DNA of 64,000 bases from assembly GCA_024704765.1 (NCBI GenBank), contig JAKMXF010000066.1, positions 1 through 64,000 on the forward strand. Direction: 5' to 3'. Made by a program: the position numbers and the translations under genes. This document shows, piece after piece, positions 1 to 11,502 of the stretch; within the stretch, counting starts at the first letter, position 1; every line of letters begins with the position of its first letter. The notes beneath the pieces were generated by a model, which worked only from the letters and a program-made list of their open reading frames with translations, did no database searches and was not told where the DNA came from. This stretch comes from Oopsacas minuta. Lineage: Eukaryota > Animalia > Porifera.

Positions 1-566
1 AATATAACTGATTCTAGGATTCAGAGACTTGGCTGAGAGAGATTCTGAAATATAATAACCCTTATTGACATTGATATTATCATCCTTTAGTCCGAAATAC
101 GATTCGTCATCCATTACAATTTGAGTTGTGCTTGAGGGGGAAAAAAGTCTCTCCGTAATTTTAGACACCTGGACTTAGCCTTCAATTCTTGTTCGGGTTT
201 GCTATCTGGGACTCGCTTACGTTTACGATATGTAACACCATTCTCTTTGATAATCTTACGAACATATGATTGAGAGATATCGAATTTTTGAGCCATTTTT
301 CTGGTGGAGACTCCTACTTTATTGCTAATTTTGCACAAGAGAGATCGCCGGAGCCTCTTGGGCATTTTGACAGACTTGCGACCGCTACCCAACTTCCTGT
401 TTAGGGTTCCTCTATTCTTGATAGTAGAAATGATGTTGTAGATAGTAGATCTTGCGATTCCAAACGCCAAAAAATGCATAACTGTATAAGAACTCCCATG
501 CTCATAATTTTTACGAAAAAATTGTCCAAAAATGTGTCGCCGTTGTGTCACTTTCAAATGATCCAT
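1..566 (-). mobile_element. IS630-Tc1-mariner transposase, N-terminal half, frameshifted, cut by window start
   Basis: ORF 566-114 has a Tc1/Tc3-type bipartite HTH region (IARSTIYNII...GSGRK...STRKMAQKFDISQSYVRKIIK). The adjacent frame continues PSSTTQIVMDDESYFGLKDD, containing the first catalytic Asp motif. One base is missing around the T6C5 run (+ strand 136-146). TIR not resolved. Confidence 0.8.
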
Positions 567-692
567 CTCCAGATGCTATGTTCTAAAATAATCGAAAATG
601 GTTTGAATTTGAAATCTATATACAAATAATGCATTGGTGAACAAAGATTTATGAATTTGTAAATATCTCGTTGTTATGGTGAACTATAAAAT

Positions 693-1040
693 ATGTCTAA
701 AATTTTAGTGCTCACCCGTTATAAGAGTGGTCATGCAAAACAAACAAATCAAGCAAGCCTTCGTGCCTCATACATGGTTGCTCTGAGAATCGCTCTAGAG
801 AAAGCTCCACATACAATCGCTGAGAAGCTCATACCACCATGTTGCAAGGACATCTGTCTCCAACGATACAGTTCAACGGCGAATATGTGATATTACAGAA
901 GATATTGAGCAGCAGGTAGTAACAGAAATAGGTTGTGCAGCTCTGAACAAATTTGTATTCCAGCTAGACGAGTCGACTGATGTATCTAGTTCCGCTCAGC
1001 TACTTGTTTTCGCAAGTTACTTTAAGGATGGCGATGTCAA
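693..1040 (+). mobile_element. Decayed hAT (Buster/Charlie-like) transposase fragment
   Basis: ASLRASYMVALRIALEKAPHTIAEKLIPPCCKDI, then in another frame DIEQQVV...FVFQLDESTDVSSSAQLLVFASY; QLDESTD...AQLLVF is the Buster/ZBED5-type first-Asp motif. Stops, frameshift and an apparent internal deletion. Confidence 0.75.
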
Positions 1041-1380
1041 CATCTCCCTTAGCAGATACAAGTAATTATATACGCTATACAGGTGTTACATATTTGTTGG
1101 TATAAGCAGAGGTGTTGTGTTCGGGTATCTCATTCACAAGTATGGTATATGAATCCCTATCCTCACGCTTGGGGGATAATTCCTAATCATATGCCCTCCT
1201 TCAGTTAATACTAGGGAAATTGTGTCCACTGTTATTATTATAGAAATGGGTATAACAGGTCTCCTTCCGTTCCTAAAGAACATCCAACACCTAATACACG
1301 GAGATTAATTTCAATAGTTTCTTATGAATTTATTATTTGTATTGATTGTGTCGTTAAGTGACACAATTTAGTAAATAACT

Positions 1381-1674
1381 TGAAAACTATAATTCTAATC
1401 GGTTAGCTTATAAAAGCGAAAATGTAGCCAACAAACTTGAACTATCCCAAATATAACATTTTATGTACATTAACACCAGTTTGGGCAGATAATCGTATCT
1501 TATGATTACTGTAATTCATATTTTCATACCTTCTGGTAGGTTCTAGCGAGGGGTAATGGAATGCTAGATTATACACAAGGGGTTAAATACATATGTATTT
1601 GTATTGAGAGTATTGAAATTCTTTTTTCAAGTATTTCGCTTTTATAAGCTAACCGATTAGAATTATAGTTCTCA
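1381..1674. mobile_element. MITE-like element with about 42-bp inverted arms
   Basis: TGAAAACTATAATTCTAATCGGTTAGCTTATAAAAGCGAAAAT (1381-1423) is the near-perfect reverse complement of 1633-1674. No TSD identified. Confidence 0.55.
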
Positions 1675-1943
1675 ATTACTTTTTTTCAAGTATTTGTATT
1701 GGTATTTGTATATTTTCAAAAGTATTTCAAATATTCCAATACTTGATAAATACAATCAAATATTTATTATACACCCATAATAAGTTCCAATTATTCATAT
1801 ATGAGGTAGATGAAAATATTTTGTAACCCAACAACAATAGCAAAGTCCCACTCAATGATCGCCATATTTTAAACTTGCATGAAGGCTTTGGAGGCAAATT
1901 TTTCTGCTAAATGCAAGCTATGCCCCATCGGAACAAATAACTA

Positions 1944-2114
1944 GTATATAGCTCACCTTACTATAGTACAGCTTTATTGTATTAGCTTTTCTATGTTCTA
2001 GGAAAGGTCGTTTTTTCGGATCAATGAAAGTCACCTTTTCGAATGAGGATATGGAGTTTTGTATTGCAAGAAAACTGTAGTATACTACAGCTTAGCTATG
2101 TATAAGGAATCTCT
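1944..2114. repeat. Interspersed MITE family A, copy 1
   Basis: Core GGAAAGGTC-T-run-GGAT-AATGAAAGTCACCTTTTCGAATGAGG is shared with 48982-49152 and partially with 52655-52720; ends are loosely inverted (TAGTACAG / CTGTA-TA). Confidence 0.65.
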
Positions 2115-2531
2115 CATCAGAAATATCTGGTCCTACTAAGGCAACATCAAACATACTTCTCTATCTCAAGGTATTATTTGTCTATTAATTAGAGACAGGT
2201 ACGGGGGGGTGAGAATTTTGTCACTATAATAACCATGGTCCGTACAGAAGTTATTAGAATTTGCATCGGTTTTGGCGAATTGTATTTGTATTAGTAATTA
2301 AATACATTTCAAAGTATTTGACCTCATGTATGCTAGGAATATGCACATGATCATGTTTATCATATGTTTAATCATGTTTCACACCTTGCAGAGCGTTTTA
2401 AATTCACAAGCAGTCATAAATTCGTTGATAACTATTGAAATATACCTCCTATGCAATAGCTATTGAATTACAGCACAGAACTGTAACTAACTGATAAGTG
2501 ATAACTAACAAACAAGTAAACAAGTGGGTAC

Positions 2532-4124
2532 ATGGCAGAGAGAGAACCTGTAACACCAGACTCCATAAGTACTCTCATCTACGTGGATATGAGGGGAGAG
2601 ACAGGAGGGTATCGAACAGACCTACTCAAGGAACAGATCTCTAAGAATATGAGGAAGTTCATAATCTGCTCAAAATGCGATGGAATTAGTAAAGAACCTA
2701 AATTTACAGAAAGCAAGACATTCTGTACAAATTGTACAGAGGGTAGAGGCGGGGAAGTTGATGGGAGAGTAGACGAGTTTGTAAGGGAACTGAAATGCAG
2801 ATGTCCACTATCAATACGAGGTTGTAATTGGTCAGGAATGCTGGATAATATTGAGGAACACATGAATTGTTGTGTTAAAGTGAAAATACAATGTCAGATA
2901 GGTTGCGGGGCGGTGTTACATAATGTGACATAATAGACCACCAGAAAGAGTGTCCCTTCCGAATTCAAGTGTGTGATTATTGTAAAGAGGATGTAAGAGC
3001 AAATAAAGCAAACGAACACATTAGATTATGTCAACATAATCCAGATGGTGTTATTACATGTCCTTATATGGAAGTGGGTTGTGACACATTTGAAATAGCA
3101 AGAAAGAATTTGGAGACACATATAACTCAGAATATGATTAGTCACCAGAAGTTATTGCTACGTGAATTGAATCAGCTGAGAACTGGCAACCAACAGCTGA
3201 GATCTGAGAACAAACAGCTGAGTGACAAAATTGATAAGAAGGAATTTGAAACAACAAACAAACAAACTAATTTGTCTAGAAATGATACAAATAATAACAG
3301 GTGTCTATGGATCTTGTTAACACTAGTTATCATGGGTATAGCTATTCTGATCCCTCTCCTACTTATGGAGAGAGATAGGATTCATCAGAACGAACTGTCT
3401 ATACAGTCACATGAACAGTCTATACAGTCACATGAACAGTCTATACAGTCAAACAAACAGTCTATACAGTCAACTAAACAGTCTATAGAGTCAAACAAAC
3501 AGTCTATACTGTCAAACGAACTGAAACAAATTGAATTATCTGAAGATAATAAACTACTAGCAGAGAAACTGGGCACAGCAAATACCAAAATCGAGAATTT
3601 AGAGATACAAATTACTAAGAAGGATTCAGAACTGGAATCAGTTAAATCAATTCTTTTTTCTTATACACCTCTACCTCTACCTACAGGACAATTAGAATGA
3701 GAAATTGAAGGTGTTAAACAGAAGATAGAAAACAAAGAGTTTACTTCCAGTGATCCATTCTATGTAGGTTTATACAAGTGTCAGGGCAAAATTCTATGGA
3801 ATATAATGGATACAGATAAAGTAGGTGTTTACATTTATATTATGAAAGGAGCTTATGATGATAATCTACACTGGCATATCAGATACAAATTTACGTTTAT
3901 TCTACTCAATCACATTAACAGTAATAATAATTATGAATTAACTAGTCATGTAACTAAGGAATACTTGGAGAAATATCCTAATAGCTTAAAGAGACCTACT
4001 GAGCTGAGAAATATGGGTTTTGGAACTAGTTTATTAATTTCAAACATTGAGATATTAGAAGCTAATATTGTAAAGAAGCAGCATAACTCTTCTAATTAAA
4101 ATGGAATTGTTACCAGCATTATAG
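2532..4124 (+). pseudogene. TRAF-like pseudogene: degenerate RING, TRAF zinc fingers, coiled coil, predicted TM helix, heptad repeat, MATH/TRAF-C domain
   Basis: CPLSIRGCNWSG, CDYC...H...C and CPYMEVGC zinc fingers; MATH region collinear with the intact paralogue at 60770-61331. Lesions: 1-nt frameshift near 2920 (next frame reads CDIIDHQKECPFR), TGA at 3698-3700 where the paralogue has TGG (Trp), and 1-nt deletions near 4065 and 4078. Confidence 0.85.
3392..3517 (+). repeat. 21-bp tandem repeat x6 encoding heptads (SIQSHEQ-like)
   Basis: Units gaactgtctatacagtcacat / gaacagtctatacagtcacat / gaacagtctatacagtcaaac / aaacagtctatacagtcaact / aaacagtctatagagtcaaac / aaacagtctatactgtcaaac. Confidence 0.95.
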
Positions 4125-7100
4125 CTATATATTTTCATAATATTTCTTATTTACTCTTTTAAGACAGACCTTGAGTGTATTTTGTACTTTATAGACTAAG
4201 AAAAGGTGTTAAATAATATATTAATTTAGCCCGGGGCGTGTTCAGAGGTCAAATCCATAAGTATGGTGTATGAATTCTTTAATCACACCTGGGCAAAATG
4301 TCTTTTTTGAATTAATTTTAGGCTGGCTGATATGACATTTCTGTACCATACGGTTTTTGATCCTCGGGCCGAATCAGACCCCAAAGGTCGAATTGGAAAC
4401 GGTAACTTACTTAGGGGTGCAACCAACACTCACCAAGGCTAAGAACCTGACCCGTGGGAGCATTCATCCAATCACAAATTCAATAAAGGGCAACTAATTC
4501 AGGGTTGCCATGGGTACAGAATTTCGATTTCAATTCCCATGGCTGAAAAAAAAGAATGAATTCATGATAAGTTCAGAACATATAATTAGGAAACTTCTTT
4601 ATAATTTTAGTCAGGTTTATACAGGTGGTAATTGGCGCAACAATCTATTAGTGTAATCACACAATATTTCTTTTGAATAAGCGTCTCCAGATTCAGAATT
4701 TCTTGTAGTAAGCTAAGTTCACAACACAGCCTGAAGCTTGCTAGCAAAATTGTCTTGGTTATAGCTGGTTGAAATGGTAATTACGCAGCTACTGAGGGAG
4801 TAGTGTTGTTCTAGAAGTGAATGCAATTCAAAAGGATTGTAACAGATAGAGAACGGTAACAAATATGATCGTTAATGTGACATCCAAACCCACTTCTTTT
4901 GGAATTATATTGTGTAAAATAGAGGAGTGAACTAAGCCAACTAGCATTCAAAGAAATTTGATATAAGGCCATGTAAAATATATTACTTGTTTCTTATCCA
5001 TTTTTTCTGCGAAATATGGGCGGGGGCGGCATTTTATTTTTATTTTTTGCTTAGCGTAATTTTACTAATTTATTTAAACTATCTCATTAATAAGAATTTC
5101 TGATAAGACAAACAATATTCGTACATAATCAGGTCCCTACAACCGTACTTCAATGGATATTACTGCGGTTTATGAACTCCGGAAAGGCGAATAAATTTTA
5201 ACCGTACGGTCCGTTGGTGTTCGTATTAAGCTTACACTGTATATGGAATAACTAATATTCACTTCCTCTCTATAATCTGAATTATTGTACAATTCAAATA
5301 ATAATGATAAATATAATAATAATAAAAATTTAGTGCACACCCCAGGGCTGATTTTTGCCATACAGGGAGGGGTATTTGGGCCTGACTCGGACAGGTTTGA
5401 GTCTTGGACAGAAAATTCACACCTGACGAAATTATGATGCCATTGCCACTTTTTTGGATTTTCGAAAAATCACATGATTAGCCACACTGCTCAGCGACCT
5501 AGCAAGCGAAGGGCGCTAGTGTTTAATAATTAGCTTGTTTCGAAGATGCTCATCTGCGAATATAAGTATTAAATAAAGATATGTATTATAATACAAAAAA
5601 TTTCCGAGCAGGGAGATAAAATGGGGCGGGAGGGGATGATAAACAAGTTTATTATTTTTATGGCCTAACATGAAGCAAGGTACAAAGAATACAGGATCTT
5701 CACTAAAATAGGGGATCATCGGGAGAAAAAATTCGATAATCTTTCTCCTTAACCACTACGGTTATACACCTATGTAGATTTGAGGAGGTTATAGGCTTAT
5801 AGCCATAGTATTCAGGGGGCATGCAAATCCTAGTCAATCAGGTGCATCCTCCTGACAAAAGAGAGTTTCTCCACTTATGAATGGAAGTAATGTATTTTGG
5901 GACATAATGCTAATTTCAATTTTCATTGTGTCGGACACAATTGCCAACTGGATTGGACATATTTGAATGTTTTCTCACCAGCCAATCTCCCATTTTTAAC
6001 CAATACTTGAAAATCCTGTTTCAAGGAATTGAATATTTTGGTTAGTTCATTTATTGAATTGATTAGTTTGTAATGAATCTATAATATTATTATATCTTAC
6101 TTAGTGATATTTTATGCAATGTAATATACGTATTGATTAGCCATACAAAACAGATGTATTAAAGAGATATAAATATTAGATAAGCCAGGACAATTAAGGA
6201 TTGAATTACTACTGAATATAATTATAATATGGGACTATTATTCCCCAAATCTTATTAGTATATATGTATAATGCAGTAATATATTTATGTATTGTATATA
6301 CATGAATTTTCTCTTCAGACATTGTTTATTATAAAATTATTAAAATATAGAGAATAACTCTGATGTGAGCTCAGCTATAGCTTGATTATTAATATTTAGA
6401 GACTGAATATTTGTTCTATTCTTCTGCAGATATTTTGATACCGATTGCTCTTACATGCTCCTTACATTGGTGGACATATCTTGGAACTGTATATGATACT
6501 AGGTTAGTTAATTTTATTTTTAACATACAACTACTTTCTTCATTGTTAGAAATTTCATTTTCTATGATTATTTGGTTGTTTGGTAAGTCTCTTCTCCATT
6601 TAAGTTTGCTGCTAGAAATTAGTTGAGAGTGAAAACGATAATTCGTTACATTTTGTTAAGAATGCTTGTTTATATTATCGTTTTAGTAACTGAAATGATT
6701 CCATATACAAGCCTATTTGGAAACTTATCCCATCCAATAATTGATCAAATAAGTTTCTTTAATATTTTCTACATCGCTAAGAGGAAACTTTCCTGCCATG
6801 AGGTGTCGCGTAATAGATACATATCATCTCTCCAATCTTGATGTATATATACAACAGTATAGATTGTTCAAACAGTATAAAGTACTTGGTTCTCTTTTCT
6901 TATTGCATTTGAGTTTTGTATTCTACAATATGTACCTGATATTAGAATATATTAGCTACAATCAGGCTTTGTGAAGGTAGAAAAGTGTGTTATCGCTATC
7001 AACTGGGTTCTGACCCTATATTATCTGATTACCATTAATTTTGTAATCACACTGTTATAACATTAATGCATTATGAATTACACCTGAAGTCATAAAACGC

Positions 7101-7550
7101 AAGCTTGAATACCAAAGAACTGTTTGGGGATGTGCTTGGCTTAATATTACTCATGCTGAGTCATACACATGTGCCATCCATGAGTCTCTTAATTTCATGT
7201 GTACTGACTATACTCTTAGATCCACTATTTATTACTATATTATCTGTACCTAAGAGTTCTCATTATCTCAGTAACCAGTACAGAGGCGGATCCAGACCCT
7301 AATTAGAAGGGTTGCCTCCTCAAGTTCATAACTAAATTTTGAATATACTAGAGTCTAAATATTATCAGAAAATCCTTAATAATCTAAATACGAATAATTA
7401 TTAAACACAATATTTACTATACAATTAATTTAGTCAATGGAAAGGCAAAAATACATTGGTAGATTGGTGTAACGCCTACATCAAGAAAGATCCTACCAAA
7501 GGGTAGTGGGGGATCTAGGGGCAGGTTATTATTCAGGGGGCGTGTGCAAC

Positions 7551-7621
7551 CAGAGGCGTAGCCATGGTGCGGAATTGCTGCACCTATCTCGCACCATCGT
7601 GTGGTCCTGGCTACGCCTCTG
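7551..7621. mobile_element. 71-bp hAT-like mini-MITE
   Basis: 14-bp TIR CAGAGGCGTAGCCA / TGGCTACGCCTCTG; flanks tgtgcaac and tatacaac match at 6 of 8 positions (decayed TSD). Confidence 0.55.
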
Positions 7622-10600
7622 TATACAACCCACGGTTGCCGTAGGAGCGGAATTTCAATTCCATTCCCATCCCATTCCTACAGGATCTCTATGGGAATTC
7701 CCATTCCCAGGGCCAGCCTGATGCAATCCCCTTCCCTCCTTGGATCCTCCAGTTTCAGTAGTGAGGAAGTAATTGAGTATTATTACTAACAATTTATTCA
7801 ATATGCTCCCACTAAAATTTCAATTGATGTATGTAGGTACTATACAGACTTGTAGCGAAATTTCGATTGAATTATGTAGTATATTTAAATAGATACAGTT
7901 GAGATCGCTGTAATATTATATACAGATATACCTATTTCCCCTGACTGTTGTCCAGACTTCTTAGCTACCCCATGGTTGTTGGCTATTTGGCGGATGTATT
8001 TTCAAGGTAAAATATACTAAATTTTGGGACAAATAGAGTATTCGAGTTTTCTGTAAATTCCAGTATTTGAGTTTTGGGCAAATTCCAGCCAGTCAATCCG
8101 ATATCGAAAGTTATGACCAAATTGAATATCGAATCTTAGGATAAAATCCAAATTCGAAAGTTTAATGGTTTATCCACTAATCCGTGTGCCCCTAAACATT
8201 TTGAAAGTTAGGAGAAAATCCTATAAATTGTTAGGACACATACAGGTTTTCGTGAACAGTATAAACAAACTCGTTTGCATATACATAGTACATATATTGC
8301 CATTCAGTACTGAACACTTACATTAATTACATAGCACTTACATAAGTACTTGTGAACGTATTGGATTCCCAGGTTATTCCGGATAATGTCATATTTGCAC
8401 GAGAAGTATGTAATTAAGCGGGGAACTTACTGCCAGGATAATGTTATAAAACACTCATGCAGGAGAAGGTCTGAGAGGTATGATATCAATCGGGATCCAC
8501 TGTAGTGGTCAATGGTTCGAACGATGGGTCAAGGTTCACGAATATGATGGATCATGAGTCTCCAATGGTGATCTATGGTCAGAGCTATAAAGAAGTGCGC
8601 TCCTAAGAGAGCCGCTTCGGATGCCCGCTCCTATTTTGAGGAGCGGGATCTGAATCACGCTTCATTTCTGATCCAGAAGCTGAAGGTGGAGCGGCACTCC
8701 ATTTTTGGAGGAGCGCACACATTGGAGCGCGCTCCTATGTAATTGAATACAACTTGCAAATTTGATCGATATTTTCCATAAATTCAGTATTCTTGCAATA
8801 AAATGTGGATACTGGGACACTTTCTCATAATTTACTTTTATATAATAATTTCATGAGATGGTTACGTTGGACATTTAGTAATTTCCCGAATGCACAATGG
8901 TTAAATTCAATCCTGAAAACTTATAATACAAATCTAATGTAAACCTGAAAGAATGAAATGACCGCGATTGGAGCGCGCTCATTTTCTGTGTTAGGAATCG
9001 GAGTTTGGAGCTTCTCCCCTTTAAAAAAGTAGTCACTGTAATTATCCGCATTGGAAAATTGAGTAAAAATATATATTCAAATATTATTTGCATTGCGCGA
9101 ATTGTCTGATCAGAAATAACACAGCCTGCAATCACTGCTAGACTAATTGAATACCTTTCATACGTAAATATACTAATTTATTAATTATGATCAATTAACA
9201 ATAATTAAAGAACCTACGAAATAGGTATTAATACTAATATTGTCCCTCAAGCCATAGTTCTAATAATTATAGAACCACATATATACACATTACATAATTA
9301 TTTAGTCCTAATAATGAATTTAATATATGTATATATTTCGAATATAGTATGTTTTCAATTTGCCCTTCTTTTCTTTAGATAATCTGTTGTCGGCTATTTT
9401 AACATCAGATTATCCTTCAGTCTAGTGTTTTGAGGCATCATAAGACCCCATTCTGGACAGAACTCCCTAGAAGCTTAGAGCAGTTTGTTTCGTAGTTGTA
9501 TCTAGTAATTTGCTTGCTTTACTATAAAATAGGTTGAGAAATTATCTGGAACCCGCGTACCCTCTAATAAGACTATTGTTACTTGGAATATTTTACAAGC
9601 AATAGTGAAGTTACTGCATAATTATTTTACCATCTTATTAGTATTTTATAGTCAAAATCAGCCTTTGCTGCTGCTTAAATGCATGAGAAAAAGAGGAAGA
9701 CCAATAGGCTAATATTATAAAACCGACTCAATTACGAAACAAATCTTTCGAAGATGGGTCTTGGTCTTCACATTCATCGAATTAGTCTATGCATCCTAGA
9801 GACAACGAAATTAATGAGAGAGTAAAGTACAATCGAAACCGGTTTTCTTACTATTTATTTACAGGAAAATTTAGTAAGAAAAAACCGATATTAGAATAAT
9901 TCGATTGTTTACATTCTGAGCATGAAAATAGTAAGAAAGTCCGAAATCAAAATCTCAAATCAGTGTTACAAGCCAGGGGCGTCGATTCGAAATATTTTGG
10001 GTTACGTAGCCAAAATTTTGACCCCCTCTCGCTCCCCTCCTATGTCACGCTTTTGGACCGTTTTGTATTGTAAAAAGAATGGGGCTGTCAGACTTCGCAT
10101 ACTTCTCCCTCCAGTTGGTAGCGTTACACGACGTTTGAACGGCCTTAATAAAATTGGCCTTGTTTTGAAATAATTTCCAACATTTATACTTTATTCATTT
10201 TCCGTGTCATCTCCATAGCAAATAACGAGAACTGGTGTTGAATGAATAATTATATGTGCAATGTGTTGGATATTCGTTGGGTGTTCATCTCCTCTTTGCA
10301 ATTCGATTTGTGAGAAGAACACTTAGTGACTAAAAGTACTGTTCAATTTGTAGATAGAGTATATGAAATTTCAAAAAATGTGCACTGTATTATAGTACGC
10401 GTACGCGGGGATAGACTAATCCAGTGTTTCCTTTTAGCCCTTCTCTACCAGGAAAATTTATATCTCTATAAACATAATTGATACTCTAGGAATTTATAGC
10501 GTATATACAATATCGATTAAGAATTTAGTATGTTTATAGAGATATTAAACGAAACACAAATAGGATACAAGTGTAAGAAATTGGCACCTCTATAGCGGCA

Positions 10601-11502
10601 CGGCACTATTCTCATTATTCTACTATAGTCATTAGCAATCAGTGATCACTTTCCCACCCTTCAGATAAATCCCTCTTTTATAGAACTTTCTTCAATACTT
10701 AGTAATGGCCAAATTACAGCTTTCTTGTGTGCTTTATCGTCTGTAGTACTTTCTTCGAATAGTTCTGAATCAGTATCTTCACCTTAATGTCACAATTTTC
10801 TGCTTCATCGTATAATTCTTCATTAGCCTATGAAAACCCACTTTTGGTGTTAATTACTTTCCTCATTTTCTATTGTAATTGTAAGAGCATGGTAAGTACT
10901 TGTATTTAAATAAAGTCACACGTCCAAGATCCGGGCAACATTTTTCCAACAATTTCGAAATTTATTTGAATATTTTGAGCTAATTTCTCTTAAAATTGAG
11001 TTTTCTTCAATTGTATTTCATTATACAAACAAGCAACCTTATGGTATCATCGTTTGATATGCCAAAAGGTGTGAAATGATTAACGAAGCATCTAGATAGC
11101 TACTGATAATATAATATTAGGTTTCGATTGACCGAATACTGAATGCTGATATTGATTATTCGGTTAGTAACCAAATCTCAACTCTTCGACAAAATATTAT
11201 CCGTTTAAACCGTTAAACTGGATATTGAACTATTCGGTTGTAACTTATTACTCATATCCATCTGGACTAGGAAGGAATTTCCGCCTACTTAATGATTTGC
11301 ATTGATAATGTAGATGTTGTATTCCCAAGTTCCAAGGAATCTTATAGCATGTTAGATATAGGTTTCAACAGCTGTCAGGATAATTTTACTAATTTCGGGG
11401 AGGATCTGATTCTGACATTATCAGAGCATGATATTTACAAACTCTTGGATTTTTCATATGTTTAATTCTATTTCACTATTTCTAATTAGTTTCGTTAATA
11501 TT

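Noticed and set aside
136-146. Programmed -1 frameshift in the Tc1-like transposase
   Set aside because: No in-frame X XXY YYZ heptamer, and programmed frameshifting is not typical of eukaryotic Tc1/mariner elements.
3392-3517. Short direct repeats as a CRISPR array
   Set aside because: Head-to-tail units with no spacers, in frame within a eukaryotic gene; no cas genes.
3385-3588. Cys-rich antisense ORF (DCIDCS repeats) resembling a metallothionein
   Set aside because: It is the reverse complement of the 21-bp SIQSHEQ repeat.
3698-3700. TGA at a conserved Trp as evidence of UGA=Trp recoding or readthrough
   Set aside because: The intact genes use TGG for Trp and this gene has three other lesions; an ordinary nonsense mutation is simpler.
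6300-7270. Possible decayed minus-strand gene
   Set aside because: Coding-like composition, but many stops and no motif I can assign.
10420-11085. piggyBac relic (acidic EDTDSELFEE stretch, GTATCATC-TTTGATA end motif)
   Set aside because: No TTAA-flanked TIR pair or catalytic motif could be confirmed.
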